Notes: generated by a model from the sequence alone, not told the origin. Positions 36,050 through 51,110 are shown, counted from the stretch's first letter. The stretch is 64,000 bases of DNA from Azolla caroliniana (GCA_043228905.1 JBHGNT010000009.1:13330001-13394000), one strand, 5' to 3'. A program made the numbers and translations.

Positions 36050-39000
36050 GTAGGTGCTACTTATGAATGTGTGACACTTGGCACTCATGCATACACTTTC
36101 CTCATGCATGGGTAACACTTGGCACTCATGTACCCACTTTTCTCATGCATGGGTGACACTTGCCACTCATGCACCTACCCTCCTCATGTATATAAAGAGG
36201 GTGAATAAACTCATCAAGGGGGCAAGAACAGTAGATGTCAAATACTATTGTAATCAGATAAGGAAGAAAGAATATTGTAATCATCTTGATATATCAATAC
36301 AAATTCTATTTTCGTTTCTCCTCTTCCTTTGACAAGAAGCCCAATGCTTACTTCCTAGACTCATGATTTTCTTGTCTGTTTGCTCTCGTACGACGATATC
36401 GACAATAAAGTGGTGAACCTGACGTAACCCAAGGAAGTTAAGAGAGATGGAGAACTAGTAATAAGCAGTCTCAGAGCCACGGTGTCGGGGTAGTTGTGGT
36501 TCGTGCAGCAAAGTCGCAGGGACTAAGGTTAAGGGGAGTTGAAGGAACTTTTATAAGGCTTGCGCACAAATGTTAGGAAGATTAAGGATATGAAGAATAA
36601 GAGTTTAAAGTAATGTGTGTGAGAGAGAGACGAGTATCTAGATAAAGGATAGAGACAATGTATGATTCAAGAAGCAAGATAGAGACAAAGTATGATTTAA
36701 GAAAAAAAAGTATATGATATGAACATGATGTATATTACGAATACAAGATTTTACCAACTTTACAATGCTTGATAGTAAGATGAACCCTTTCTCTACCGAC
36801 TCTTGATTCGAACCCTTGACTCCAACTTGAAAACACAAGCCTCTTCACCAACAAGTTAACTTATTATTTGTTTTTATTATTATCTTATTTCTCTAACTTT
36901 CTCTTCATGGATTGATTACCCTGTTTTCCCTTTTTTTCATCCCTTAATTCCTTGCCTCTCTTTATAGGTTCTCTCATGCATATGATGATATGGGGGTGCA
37001 TGGCATGCATGTGATGCATGATCACCATTTGGCGCACATGCTTTACATGTGATGCATGATAGCCATCATGCTCATCTAAGCTCTAATGTATGAAGATACA
37101 CATGTCATAAGTATGATGATAAAAACATAATTATAGAAAAATAACTTATCCTAATGGTATATGCTTCGTCCTTGGTGTGTGAGGTTACGGGTTCAAGTCT
37201 CTCAAATGTTATTTAATGCAATATTCATGTTTATCGTGAAGCAAATCCTTCACGACACCGGATAAACCAAAAAGCCATTCTGGAGCCAAAAATCAACATG
37301 GTGTTACAAATGATTGAAAGAATGATGCAAAGCCAAGAACGTGCAACTGCTCTTCAACGAATCGATCATGTTGTTCACAAGCTTGTTGAGAAAATAGGTC
37401 TCTTTGAAGGTAAAAATATCTAAATTCTTACAAGTATATGTTACTGAGATGGGTAGTAAAGGATTAAATCAACATGATGTTCAAATGAATTTTTTGAGGA
37501 TGGTTGAACTCCCTTTGAGAAATAGAATCTTTGAACTCACAACAAGTTCTAATGATTGGGTTGCATTTGAGCAAACTTTATTAAATGAGTACATCCTTGG
37601 TGATACAATCCGAGTGTCAAGGAGGAGTTTCCTAGATTGGGTGGACAAAGAGGACAAGAAGATTTTGGTGATGGAGTTGTTGAAAGAATTTGACACTCGG
37701 TATTAACCAATTAACAACGACTGAAAGGACTCTTTTGGAACTGGAGAAGGTCATATTATTCTTGATGGCATCAGACCGACCCTATCGAGAAACATTAATT
37801 GCATTCCTTGAAGATTGAACTATACCCAATGGTCTAGTATCCGATTGGAATTGAGTACATGAAGCCTGCAACAGAATCAACAAAAGAGCCCAATGGTGTG
37901 AAGATCTTTTGATTGCAGGAGGTGTGAAAGATGAAGTGAAGAATACCATCAGGGAGGATACTGGGAGTCCGTCAACTATTTCCAAGGTACCTAAAACAGT
38001 GATGGACGATCTTATCAAAGGTATAAGAGATCTTTCATTACATGTTGCAAATCTACAAGAAGAAAAATCCTCGCAACCCCAAAAAGATTATGAAAGAATA
38101 TGCATATGGTGTGATAACGTCGACCATTCAAGTGGAGGGTGTGATAACTATCAAGAAGTGATAGAAAGAGGGGTGATATTCTTCCGAGATGGTAAGATTC
38201 ATTCTTCTGAAACTCGATTACCTCTCCGAACTAACTTTAGAAGAGGTGGTATGAGAAGGATCATCGAAGACGCGGAAACAACTAGGACACAAGTTGTTTA
38301 TCAACCAACAACTACAGTCATCCATGTTGGTGAAGGAGGATCTGAATCTGAATTTTGGCCGTGTATTTTGAAAGCTACAAGAAAGGGTAAAATCAAGTTT
38401 GAAAAGTTAAAGTCTAGAGGTGATGTTGTCCAAAGCAATACTGGTTGGGAAGACCTAGTGGATGGCCTCTCAGCTTTCGCGAAGGTTGCAACAACCCAAG
38501 CCCATGAAGTGATCATGGAAGAGAAACGGAAATGGGCGGAAAATGAAGATGACAAGAAGAGGGAGCTAAGAAGTGTTAAAAAGAGGGAGACAAAAAGTCC
38601 AAAAATGGTAAGCCCTAACATTGAAAAAGGTAAGGATAAGAAGAGTCCCTCGTTCAAATTATTATCTGATATTGAAGCTTCAACTGATTTAAAAAAAGTA
38701 TTGGAAGAAAGAATTTTAGATAGCAAAATGAAACTTTCCTTGAGGGAACTTTTGGGCATAGCTGAAAAAGAATTTCATGATGCAATAATCAATGGAATTA
38801 AAAGAAAACGACAAAGCATTGAAGCTGCTGAAAACCTAGGAAGTGAAGTAAAGAAAGCAACGGTGGAAGTCCTCAAAGGTGAATCAAGCTCTTCCATTGT
38901 TGGTACAGAAGCTATTGTGACAACTTTTGAAGAGAAGTTGAAAGAGCTAAAAGGCTACTATGCTAAGAAACATTGGGCAAGAGCAACAACTGAGACACCC

Positions 39001-40918
39001 GTGAAGATTCAAAACCTTGAAGATCCCGAATTTGGATACCACATTTCACACATGTGGCTGATCCACTTTATGGGTTGCTTAAGAAGAATTCAAGTTTCCT
39101 TTGGACTAATGTACATACAGATGCAATTCGCCAACTAAAGGAAATGTTGTTGGATGCCCCTGCTTTACGGAAGGCTAAGTATGATAGTTAACAACTCATC
39201 ATTGTTACTGTGGATATGAGTCCAATCGGGATCGGTTGAGATGTTAGCCAAGAAGAGAAGGATGGGTTAAGACATGTAGTTCGATTTGGTGCAAAAATCT
39301 TAATAGAATGCCAAAGAGCTTTATTGTAGATTAAAACAAAGTTGGGGTATGTTAGCAGCTATTAAAACGAATCGTGAATAATTAATTGGTGCTGAAGTTG
39401 TGGTTGAAACAGATTGTCGTCCATAGCTAGGAATGATTTCAGGTTGTGAAACATTTGATATAGTTATGCTTAGATGGATAGCTTACATAAAATCACTATG
39501 TCCTAAAATCAAGCACATTGCAGGAATGGATAACCCAGTTGCCGATATGTTCTCAAGAGTGAGGTTTAAAGGTAGAAATACAATGGTAATAACAAATGAA
39601 GAAGATGAGAGTTTTGATTTCTTTTCCATAAATTGTAACTTAAAGGGGTCATGTGATTTGGGTGTTCATGTTATTCTTCGTGAATCTGAGTACGAGGGGG
39701 AGATGTTGCAAATTGGAAAATACTTGAGTACTCATGTGAAAGATGGAACATGGTCAAGGGAGCTATTTCATAAAATAAGAAAGAAAGCTTATAAGTTTTT
39801 TCTTCATGAGCGATATATTTGGAGACATCCAAAAGTTGTGAAAGGGATTCCGCAAAGAGTGGTCGGAAGAAGGGAAGAGCAACAGAAACTAATATTTGAA
39901 TTTCATGATACTTTATGGGCAGGTCATCATGGAGTTTGGGCCACCTATTTGAAATTAAAAAAGAAGTTTTGGTGGGCTGGAATGTACAATGATGTTGCTG
40001 ATTATGTACAATCATGTGAGAACTGCCAAATGTATTCGAATATTCGGCATTGTGATTGGTTGCAACCTACTTATTGTTTATTGGTACATTATAAATGGGT
40101 TTGGAAAATGAGATATCTTGTATTGGCAAGAGAAGATTTGACAAATCAAGTGGAAGGTCGAGCCCTACGCCAAAAAACCACTTCAGCTTTTTGCAAGTTC
40201 CTTCTTGAAGATGTGATATGTAGGTACGGGTGCATTGGGAAGAATGTTGCAGACAAAGGAGAACTAGATTCTAATGAAGCTGAACAATTTTTGTTAAGAA
40301 TGGGAATTCGACTGTCCTTAACAACAACATATAACCCATAAGCTAATGGGAAGGTTGAGCATGGACATGGCCCTATAGTAAAAGCTTTGGTGAAAGCTTG
40401 TGATGGCAAGATGGCTAATTGGCCTCATATGTTATCGTATGCACTATGGGTTGACCGCACTACTCACAATTCCGTGACTGGCTTTATGCCATCAGAATTG
40501 ATGTTTGGTCAAAAGCCAATTACGGCAATAGAGCAATCGGTATTTTCCTGGGTTTCCTTGCCATGGGCAAATGAAATGAGTCGAGAAGATTTGCTTGCTC
40601 TTAGAATAAGATAGCTAGAAGGAAGGGATAAAGATGTTCAAATATCTACGGAAATGATGAAGCAATGTCGACTACGGAACAAGGAAAGATTTGATAAAAC
40701 CCATCGCCTTCAACCAAGAAAGCTCCAAGAAGGTGATTGGGTCATAGTATATGATAATAGCTTGGATAACCAACATAGTACTTCTCGTAAGTTCGCCAAA
40801 AGATGGTTCGGACCATATGTCATTAGACAAGTGAATAAAAATGCAACTAATTGAAATGGATGGAGTTGCTTTAAGGTTGCCAATTGTAGGGAAGCAAATT
40901 AAGCTATTCAAGAACCTC
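36050..40918 (+). mobile_element. Element I: old decayed member of the tRNA-Trp gypsy family, protease and RT deleted
   Basis: LTR remnant ending CGACA at 36404 (left edge uncertain); PBS at 36411; gag (CIWCDNVDH, HWARATTETP) jumps near 39025 into the RT connection/RNase H; integrase remnants. Confidence 0.82.
36483..37257 (-). mobile_element. Solo LTR inserted at the start of I gag
   Basis: TGTCG...CACGACA ends; flanks ACGG/CCGG; resembles the 45160 solo LTR. Confidence 0.75.
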
Positions 40919-41345
40919 AGGTGACGTATATTCGGCTTCCGCCCGAAATACGCCTCGTGTGCTGGCACCTTCTCCTCGATCCGGTTTTGGATTTAGACCA
41001 TGGTTCAGACCGCGTCAGCGCAGTAGAATTTGGGCATGCTCTTCTCCTCCAGCATTGCCCTCACTGCTTCCACAACAGACCAATTCATCCTTTCGTCTAG
41101 GCCATTCTGCTCCGACGTATATCTATAGCTGAACTCTCTCCGAATTCCCATCTGTTGTAGATAACAGTTGAATTGGCCGGAAAAGTACTATTTTCCACCA
41201 TCCGACCTAGGCACTGAATCTTCCTCTTTGTTTCCCTTTAGACTAAGCTTTGTAAGATCCAAAAACAGTTGAAGACATCACTTTTCTTCTCAATGAGGTA
41301 GTAACACCGGGTCATTTGAAACAAGTAGTATGTCACATTCTCTTT
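40915..41345 (-). pseudogene. Ty1/copia integrase fragment
   Basis: Minus-strand remnants LIEKKSDVF, RSDGGK, PEQNG-like and PHEAYFGRKPNIRHLR-like motifs. Confidence 0.7.
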
Positions 41346-42508
41346 TTCATATATTAGCGAGATGTTAAAAAATGTCTTATTTAAGCAGAATTTCAAAAAG
41401 GCACGAAGCATGCGTATGTGGTTTATGAAAACATAACGAAAAATAGAACTAACTAATATCACGTCAACAAAATCATCCAACGTATATTCTATCTACCATG
41501 TTTTTGTTCAAATCTTAGATAAGGGTATATTCGTCAATGCAAGTATAATAATAACACGAGTCCTTGTGCATATTCTAAAACGCATACCCCACTGAATAAG
41601 TGACTTTTTCTAATTATGTGTGTATATTTATATATAATATATCTTAAAGCAAATTGTGAACCTTGCAATTAAGAGATACTACTATGTCAAGAGAAAATTT
41701 CTATTGACATGTGATACATGACACCATCAATGTATAAATAAACTAGTCTACAATAATATTCCAATCATACGAGTAAATGATAGAGTATAATTTTATCTCC
41801 CATATACCCCAAATGATAAAGGAGACTTTAGACAACATGCACACATACAAATTATACTTAATCTCTAAGTTCAATGACTGTTACACAAAAATTATAAATA
41901 AGCTCTACTTATATATTACGTAAAAATTTAACCATTCATATTGTTCAAATTTTACAATAAGCCATATCCATTCAATTGAATAATAAATCTGGTAAAGCCA
42001 TCTCTATAAGATTAGCTCTTTCCTCAGGATTGTCTTCATTGGCTTCGTCGGTATGCTAAGTTGAATCATTACTATGTTCAGACTTTGACATGTCTTCTAA
42101 TTCAACAAGGTCCCTACTTCTTCATCTATAGGTTCCATAGGTTCTCTACAAGTCCTCCGGAACATCTCAGTTTCATTGATAAGCTTTGCCCCAACTTCTT
42201 GGTCATGATCAAGACAGTCCCAGATACCTTGGATCTCATTTTGATGAAAATAACATGATGAGGGTACCTCTCTAATGCAACAGAGTTCCTGAACATCTTT
42301 AAGGCGCATGTTGTAGTAGGACATGACAGTAGAATGAAATTGCACATGTAACATGAAACTGAAGAATAGATGATAACGTTACACTAAATTGATGTGACAA
42401 GTTTTATATACATGTCACAGACATGACGACATGGTGTGTTCGTGACAATACCAATGTCAGAAAACAAATCTAAAACCCATTGAAAATTTCAAAAAATAAA
42501 AACTCTTG

Positions 42509-42870
42509 GATTTTCAACTGGAATCCAATGCATGCATTGGATTCCAGTTGAAAATCTAATTTGTTTTTATTTTGTAATTTAAAAAAAAAAATTCATAAAA
42601 AAAATGAAAAATGGATTTTCAGCTAAAATACGATGCACTACATTATATTTTAATCTATACAACTAGAATCCCATGCAATGCATTGGATTAAAATCAAAAA
42701 TCCACTTTTCTTTTTTCTTTTTTCAATGTATTTTTATTTATTTATATTTTTTCCATATAAAATAAATAAATAAATGCCTTTTGAACTGAAATCCGATGCA
42801 TTGCATCGGATTGTAGTCTATATAGCTAGACATCGATACAATGCATCAAATTTTAGCTGACAATCCTTTT
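42509..42870. repeat. Cluster of palindromic motifs, including a perfect 48-bp palindrome at 42509-42556
   Basis: GATTTTCAACTGGAATCCAATGCA|TGCATTGGATTCCAGTTGAAAATC; degenerate copies at about 42615, 42660, 42785 and 42830. Confidence 0.8.
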
Positions 42871-42916
42871 TCTTTTCAATTGTTTTTAATTTTTTCGACA
42901 AATAAATAAAAAATAT

Positions 42917-43992
42917 TTTAGTACAGTAGCTAATTAGCTAAGTGGTAGCTAATTAGCTACTACCATAGTTTAGTATAGTAGCTAATTAACTAAGTGGTAG
43001 CTAATTAGCTACTACCATACTTTCGCTGAGTAGCTAATTAGCTAAGTGGTAACTAATTAGCTACTACCATAGTTTAATATAGTAGCTAATTAGCTAAATG
43101 GTAGCTAATTAGTTACTATCATAGTCTAGTAGAGTAGCTAATTACCTAACTGGTAGCTAATTAGCTACTACCATAGTTTAGTAAAATACCTAATTAGCTA
43201 AGTGGTAGGCAATTAGGTACTACCATGGTTTAGTATAGTAGCTAATAAGCTAAGTGGTAGTTAATTAACTACTACCATAGTTTAGACCAATAGCTAATTA
43301 GCTAAGTGGTAGCTAATTACCTACTACCATACTTTAGCTGAGTAGCTAATTAGGTAAGTGGTAGCTAATTAGCTACTACCATAGTTTAGTATAGTAGCTA
43401 ATTAGCAAAGTGGTAGCTAATTAGCTACTACCATACTTTAACTGAGTAGCTAATTAGCTAAGTGGTAGCTAAATAACTACTACCATAGTTTAATACAATA
43501 GTTAATTAGCTAAGTGGTAGATAATTAGCTACTACCATAGTTTAATACAATAGTTAACTAGCTAAATAGTAGCTAATTAGCTACTACCATACTTTAGCTA
43601 AGTAGCTAATTAGCTAACTAATAGCTAATTAGCTACTACCATAGTTTAGCATAGTAGCTAATTAGCTAAGTGGTAGCTAATTAGATAGTACCATACTTTA
43701 GTTATAGTGGCTAATTAGCTAGTACCATAGTTTAGTATAGTAGCTAATTAGCTACTACCATAGTTTAATATAGTAGCTAATTAACTAAATGGTAGCTAAT
43801 TAGTTACTACCATATTTTAGTACAATAGCTAATTAGGTAATCGGTAGCTAATTAGTGACTACCATAGTTTAGTACAATAGCTAATGAGCTAAGTGGTAGC
43901 TAATTAGCTACTACCATACTTTATTAGAGTAGCTAATTAATTGCTACCATATTGACAAAGACTAGCTAATTAGCCAAGTGGTACCTAATTAG
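42917..43992. repeat. 52-bp tandem array (~20 units) built on the TAGCTAATTAGCTA palindrome
   Basis: AGTGGTA recurs at 42941, 42993, 43045 and onward; the array resumes at 62298-62402. Confidence 0.92.
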
Positions 43993-45159
43993 TGTTGGGA
44001 AATCGGTCCCTCCGGATGGGATCCGGTGATGAATAAAGATGACCCGGTGAGAACCGGAAGAGATCCGGAAACAGGAGGAGAACCAATGAGAACCGGAAGA
44101 GAAGACGTATCTTTAAATATGTTTTGCGTAAGCGTATTGAGGCTATATTTGTAAATATTCCTAAGTTCATATAAGTATAAATATGACTTAGGGCAATCAC
44201 TTTGGTTGTTGTTTTCATATTGTTGTACAGAGAGAGCGACAGAGAGAGAGAGTGAGATACTGAGTGATACATTGTTGTAATCGCCGGTTGGCGAAGATAC
44301 AAAGCTCAAGGTCGTTGCCTCCGAGGCTCTGATTGTACCTTTATCCTATAGTGATAGTCTGAGTTCATGGGCTCCCTTGGTATTTTTCCATTTAGGGTTT
44401 TCCACGTAAACATCCTGTGTATTTCCTTTGTGTACTCTCCACTTCCCATTTCTGTGTTTCATTCTCAGTGAAGCGATTCAAGACTCGGTTGTGGCCCAAC
44501 AATATTCTACGTTCTTCTCTTCAATCTGGTATTAGAGCAAACAACACAAGAAAAGGAAGAATCGTTCGGCGGCATGTTCAAGCTCACCGGCTCCAACCAC
44601 TCAGGGTTGAAGTCGAAGATGAGGGACATGCTGGTGGTTAAAGATCTTTGGTTGCCGGTGTAGTTCGAGGACAAGAGACCGGATAAGATCGACGCCACAA
44701 TGTGGGAGGTGATGCACATGAAGACGACGGCCTACATCCCGTGCTTCATCGACATGAGCCTGCACAACAACTTCAAAGAAGAGAGCAAGGCTCATGAACT
44801 CTCGGAGAAGATCAGCATCATGTTCCAGAACAAGAATGATGTTAATTAGGTTTTGGTATTCCGGAAGCCGGTGAGGCTATGGTACCAGGACGGCTCCAGT
44901 ATGGCGGAGCACATGAATGCCTTCTAGGGACTGATCCACCAGGCAAACTCGTTGGAAGTACCTCTTGCCGATGAGGTACTCGCATTACTCCTACTCGGTT
45001 CCCTCCCGGATAGTTGGGAGACGATAGTTGTCACGTTGGGCAATGCCGGACGGGAAGGAAAGCAATTGTCCCAAACAAGGGTAAAATCAAGCCTGCTAGA
45101 TGAAGAAGCTCGCCGGAAGGACCGAGAGCCTAGAACTGATCCGAAGGCCTTGGTCACGG

Positions 45160-46278
45160 TGTCGTGAAGATCCGTCACTATGCGCGGATCGTGAGGCGGA
45201 AGTTTTGGACCGGAAGAACTCAAAGTTGGCGCAAGCTTTAGCAAGAAAGAATTTAAGATAGATTGAAAGAGAGAGAGATTGAGATAAGATAGAACGCTTG
45301 ATTTTAGATTGAGAGAGAGATTAAGATTGAACTCTTAACTTTAGATTTGAAGAACAGGGTATATCATCTCAAGGATAACAAATTTTCTTCTTAATATTAA
45401 TTTTGATATAAAGTACAAAGCTCTTAATAAGAATTTTACATTACTTTTCCCCCTTTTGATCTTTTTCATCCCCTCTTTTATAGATGCCCTCATGCATTTG
45501 AGGGTTCAAGACATGCATAAAATGCATGTTTGCCATTTGGTGCTCATGTATTACATGTGGTGCATGATAACCACGTCACTCATTTTAGCTCTCATGTATG
45601 AGAATTTACATGTAAAGTTACAATGATAAAAATATTATTTCAAGAAAATGTCTTGGCTTAGGGGTAAGCCTATAGACTCTCAACTTGGAGGTGCAAGGTT
45701 CAAATCCACACTTGCACTCCTTGTGTATATATATATGTGTATATATATATGTATATATATATATATTTATTTATATATTTATCCGATCGCCAGATGACGT
45801 CGAATGCCGGTAGTTGTTCGCCGGATGACATCAGAATGCCGCTGGTTTGCCGAATACCTCTGGATTCCGGTTCCGTCGCCGGTTACTGTTTGGTGATCGG
45901 GTCCCAGTTCCGTTGCCGAATGCTGGTTAAGTTACCGGTCCGGTTTTGGTTGGGCAAAACCTTTGCAATTAGCCAGACCACACCCATTCATCTAATAGCT
46001 TAGTTCAAGTCACCTTGAACTCTCTATGCTCCACTCATAGACACAAAGATAATAGCTTTTGCTCTTCCTTATATATGGTGAGATCCTTATTTCCTGTCTA
46101 TATGGGATATCTCACAATTTTATTTTTCTCTTCTTCCTTTTCATACTTCACTCCCACATAACTTGTCACTTAGATGTCCGTTTTTTATGTCGTAAAGCAC
46201 ATTTGAAAGCTCTTGAAGACCTCTATCTTTTTGTAGTTTTATTTGATTCTCACACCATTGCCGAAAATCTTCACGACA
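45160..46278 (-). mobile_element. Solo LTR (tRNA-Trp gypsy-like ends) in H gag
   Basis: TGTCGTGAAGAT...ATCTTCACGACA inverted ends; flanks ACGG/ACAG; removal restores ALVTEDD. Confidence 0.85.
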
Positions 46279-49200
46279 ACAGAAGATGACCACAACTGAG
46301 GAAGAGGCCGGTATCAGAGTCAAGGGGGAGGCCTACTTGCTTCTAGTGTGGGAAGCCAGGGCACTTCCAGAAGAACTATTGACATTTCCGGAAAGAGAAA
46401 GAAACCGGCACCACCGATTCGATGAAGAGTTCAGACTGAAACAGTTCGGACCGGAGAGGCCCGGATCAGAAGGGAACGTTGGCAATCGCGACAAGTGAAG
46501 AAGAGATGATGCTCATTATCGAAGAGAATGAGTTAAACCTTGTCGATGACGAGATAACGTGGGTTGTTGATTCCGGAGTGTCATTCCACCTGACATTGGA
46601 CCTGAGATGCTTCTCATCCTACACAACTGGTGGTCATGGTTGTGTCCGGATGGGGAATGAAGGCACATGCCGAATTGTCGGTATAGGAGATGTGTTGTTG
46701 ACAACATCAACTGGATGCAAGTTGTAGTTGAAGGATGTCCGACACGTTCCGGAGGTTCGACTGAATCTGATACCAGCCAGTCGGCAAGATGATGAAGGCT
46801 ACACGGGTAGCATCCGGAATGGAGTCATGAAGTTCAGCAAGGGAAACTTGATTGTTGACCGAGCCTGGAAGGTCAACACATACCTGATGCATGACCGGAT
46901 ATGCTGGGAAGAAGTGAACGTATCATCCGACATTGTTGATGAGCTGTGGCACAAAAGACTGTGTCACGTGAGTGAGAAGGGGATGAAGAGGCTTGCCGAA
47001 GACAACCTCATTCCGGTGAAGGGGATTGCTTGGTTGGCAAGAAAAACCGAACCTCCTTCTGGTCAAGACCACCGACAAGACGGAATGCACCACTGGAGTT
47101 GGTGCATGCTGATGTGTGTCAAGTGGACACGAAGTCACATGCCGGATTGCAGTACTTTGTGACGTTCATAGACGACCACAACCGGAAGTTATGGGTCTCA
47201 CCGTTGAAGACGGAGGATCAGGTGCTATCCGTCTTCAAGGAGCTCCACGCGAGAGTGGAAAGAGAAACTGGCCAAAAGATGAAGGCAGTTTGAGCAGATA
47301 ACGGAGGAGAATAGGGCAGTTCGAGGAGTACTTCCGGTCGAAGGGAATCCGACTCGAATTTACCGTGCCGAAGATGCCAGAATTGAGCAACCTGGCCGAA
47401 AGGATGAACTAGACCATAATGGAGAGAGTCCGGAGCATGCTCACACATGCCAAGTTACCCAAGAAGTTTTGGGTTGAGGCGCTGAGGACGACAACCTATG
47501 TGATAAACAAATCACCCTCAGTACCCTTGGGAGGAGACTCACCTCAGAAAGTATGGACCGGTAAAGATGTATCTTACCGACATCTGAAGGTGTTCGGGTG
47601 CCTCGCATACATGCATGTGGTGAAGGACAAGAGAGCAAAGCTGGATCCGAAGTCCTAGCCATGCATATTCCTTGGATACAGTGATGATGAGTTCAGTTAC
47701 TAGGTGTGGGATCTGGTCGACAAGAAGGTGTTCCGGAGTTGGGACATAGACTTCATGGAAGATAGGACCATTGCCGACTGGGAGTCGGAGAAGAAGGCGA
47801 TCAACTCTGGATCATCCAATGAAAACCGGCTTGAGGACACAAGGACCTACCCGGTTGAAAACCGAATGTTAGCCGGTAACTGGATGACACTCGACGAATA
47901 GGCCGGATATGGACAGGAAACCAAACCGGCCGAAGAAGAAGAAGAAGAAGAAGACACCGGAACTGGACATGATCGCAAATAGGGTTCGGATTCGGAACAG
48001 ACGGAGGAACCGGTAGTCAAAAACCAGGGACGGAGATATCCTCTCCGGGAGCGAAGAGCCCCCCGGAGATTTCCGGATGCAGAGCATGTGTTGCTAGATT
48101 ATCTCCTTACCGGCTTCTATAGCTGCCATGTACTGCGCCTCCGTGGTTGACAATGCAACCGTCTTCTTAAACCTCGACGACCACGAAACAGCTCCCCCTG
48201 CATAAGTCATGACATATCCGGATGTAGACCAGATGGTATTCGCATCAGTCAACATATCCGAATCCGTGAATCCGTCAACTTGGGGATTTCCGGAACCGAA
48301 CTAGAGGCACATACTCGAGGTGCCTTTCAGATACCGGAGTATCCACTTGACCACGTTCCAATGTTCTCTTCTGGTATTGCTCATGAACCAGCTCACCACT
48401 TTGACTGCATATCCGATATCCGGCCGGGTACATACCATTGCCTACATCAAGCTTCTGATGGCAGAGGCATATGGAATCTTCATCATATACGTCTTCTCTG
48501 CCTTTGTCCTCAGGCTTTGTTTTCCGGACATTGAAGCACCTTCGTCACGTTGTCGTGAAGAAAACCGTCCCTAGGCGGAAACTGAGTTTAGCATGTGTAA
48601 ACCGACCCTTACACGCGAGCGCACTTTTCATTGAATAGTAAGTAGGTAGGTACAAGTCGGCTGAGGTGAAATCCTAGGTAGCACGCATTCAATAAGGAGA
48701 GAATCGAGTTGTATCTCTGTCCAAAAGGATAGAGAATTAATATGATGTAACGGATGATAACGGCCTCCCTCCTTGGGCTATAAAAGAGAGGGAGAGGAAT
48801 GAAAAAGGGATCGCACGTTAGAGAGGACGAAGTGCTTCCGGACTGGGACCAAGCCCTTCTGCTCTACCACTCTCCATAGCCATTTTGCGCAGGTTTTCGG
48901 GAGGCTGACTCTGCTTTGCGGAAGGCCCGTGTGCTTCCAGCAGAGTCTCCATCTCACTCTTCTGTGTTTGAGTGAACAAGCATCGGTGTTCGCCTTGCCG
49001 ACCTCTTCGTTGTAATCGTCTTGATATATATATATATTTATACACATACGTGTTCATATACTCGGACTCCTAGTCGTCTCGTTTTGCTGTGTTGTTGGAC
49101 TGTGATTCCTGTGTGCTCCCGTGTCTGTGCGTGTGTGAGTGCGTCCGTTGCCCTTCCGTTCTCCTCCTCCTCAGCTATTTCTCGGTCCAAGACCCCGGTG

Positions 49201-51110
49201 GTCCCGCATCGTTCTCCATGCACGTGCGTAACAACGCGACATATTTGGTGAACCCGACGTGAACAAGTGGCAAAGGAATAGAAAGATGAGGGGGTTGGAT
49301 ATCGTGAAAGCCATGGCTTCGGCTGTGGATCGGATAGTGAGTGCGCGCGAAGGAGCAGGCACCCTCGATAGGGCTATTGAAGCGGTCGTTGGCGCGATAG
49401 GCCGGTTTGGTGGGAAGTACGCCACGAGCTATTTGGAGGCCTACCGGGCCGAGATGGTAATGAGAGACATTCCGGAAGAAAGGCGACTGACCGGATTCCC
49501 TCGGGTGGCGATGCCGGGCATCCATGTGGAGGTGCTCGAGGCACGGGCGGAGAGCCAGAACTTGGAAGAGTTTGAAGGTCGGCTCCTCGAAAAATATGGG
49601 CTTGATGATGCGCTTCAGCTCTCGAAACGGGACTTCATGGAATGGGTAGAGACCCCCAAAAAGGGGAGAAACGCGTCGTTGCTCCTCCGGGAGTTTGAAG
49701 AACGCTTCGCGTGTCTTTCGGCGCTCGACCGGACCATACTAGACACAAATCACATCCTGTTGTTCGTTAAGTCGGTGGATGTGAGGGACCGAGAGCAAGT
49801 GGGTGTCCTGCTGGAGACTGATGACGGGCTGACGGCCGACTGGGCCGTGGTGAAGAGAGTCAGTGGCCGTTTCGACAAACGGCGAGAGTGGGTCGATAAA
49901 GAATCAACAGGGGCGGGCTCTGTAGCAGCAGGGAAACTCGAGCCAACCCCGCCAGCGCGAAGGGAAGTGACCCGAGACTGGCTTGAGACCGGATCGACTT
50001 CCACTGGCATGATCAAAGGCTCGTCTGGAGGAGCAGCTCTAGAGGAGCTGACTAGGATGGTAAAGGACCTCCAGATTGCACAGGCATGGAGGGACGGTGG
50101 TGAACAGGCCCGTGACCGAAGGCCTTTGGTTGGAAAGCGGTGTTTGTGGTGCGACGCGGTCGGCCACGCCCGGAAGGACTACGGGGACTTTGCCGAGGCA
50201 ATGAGAGCCAACGTGGTGTACCTATGTAATGGTGGGGTGCACGCTAGCGAGACCCGGAGAGCCCTGAACCTGAATGTCGGACGAGGGGGTATGAAACGGC
50301 TGATGGAAGAAGCGGCAACTCGCCACGCGGAGACCGTCCACTACTCGGCGTTGGCTGGGATCCGGGTCGGAGGTTGTGAGGCCCGGAAGACGAACAAAGC
50401 CGGATTCTGGCCGCTGATGCTGGAAGGCCTCACCGGCGCACGGCTAAGGAAAGAAGAAGCGAACCGCGTAGAAAAATGGGTCCGGGAGGTAACCGGGTGG
50501 AGTGACGCGGTCGAAGAGAAGACGGGCTTCGTTGAAGCCGCATGCCAGAACTACGAGGCTCTGGTGGAAGAGAAGTGAGTAGGTAAAACCGGAGGGGCCG
50601 GGCCCTCGCAACGGTACTAGACCTGATTCGGTCAAAGGCCGAATGAGGCCGGTGCGACCGGCGTGCCGGATAAAGCCAAGAAGGCCGGGTACCGGTTGAG
50701 CACGGAAATCGAAAGGACCACGGACCTGCGAAACATCTTGGAGGAACGTATCCTCGACAGCAAGGTGGAGTTGTCGCTGAGGGAAGTGCTCGGGATCGCC
50801 AAGAAAGAGTTCCACGACTCCATCGTAGACTTGGTGAAGAGGAAGAGGCTGTCAACAGAGCTTAAGCCGGAGAAGCCGGTGGAAGTGTGAACGACGCACA
50901 TAGAGGACATGGCACTAGAAGACGAGTTGGCGGAGAGCCACTATTCGAGGCTGCACTGGGCCAAAGCGACCACGGAGACCCCTATTAAGATCGGGGATGT
51001 CCAGGAGCCGGTGGTGGCGTTGGTGGACCACGGTTCAGAAATCAACTTGATGTCCATGGACTTCTACAAAAGGGGGAAATGGCCGATCAACACCAAACAC
51101 GGCTGGAAAA

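Noticed and set aside
42917-43992. CRISPR array
   Set aside because: Units are contiguous with no unique spacers, there are no cas genes, and the context is eukaryotic.
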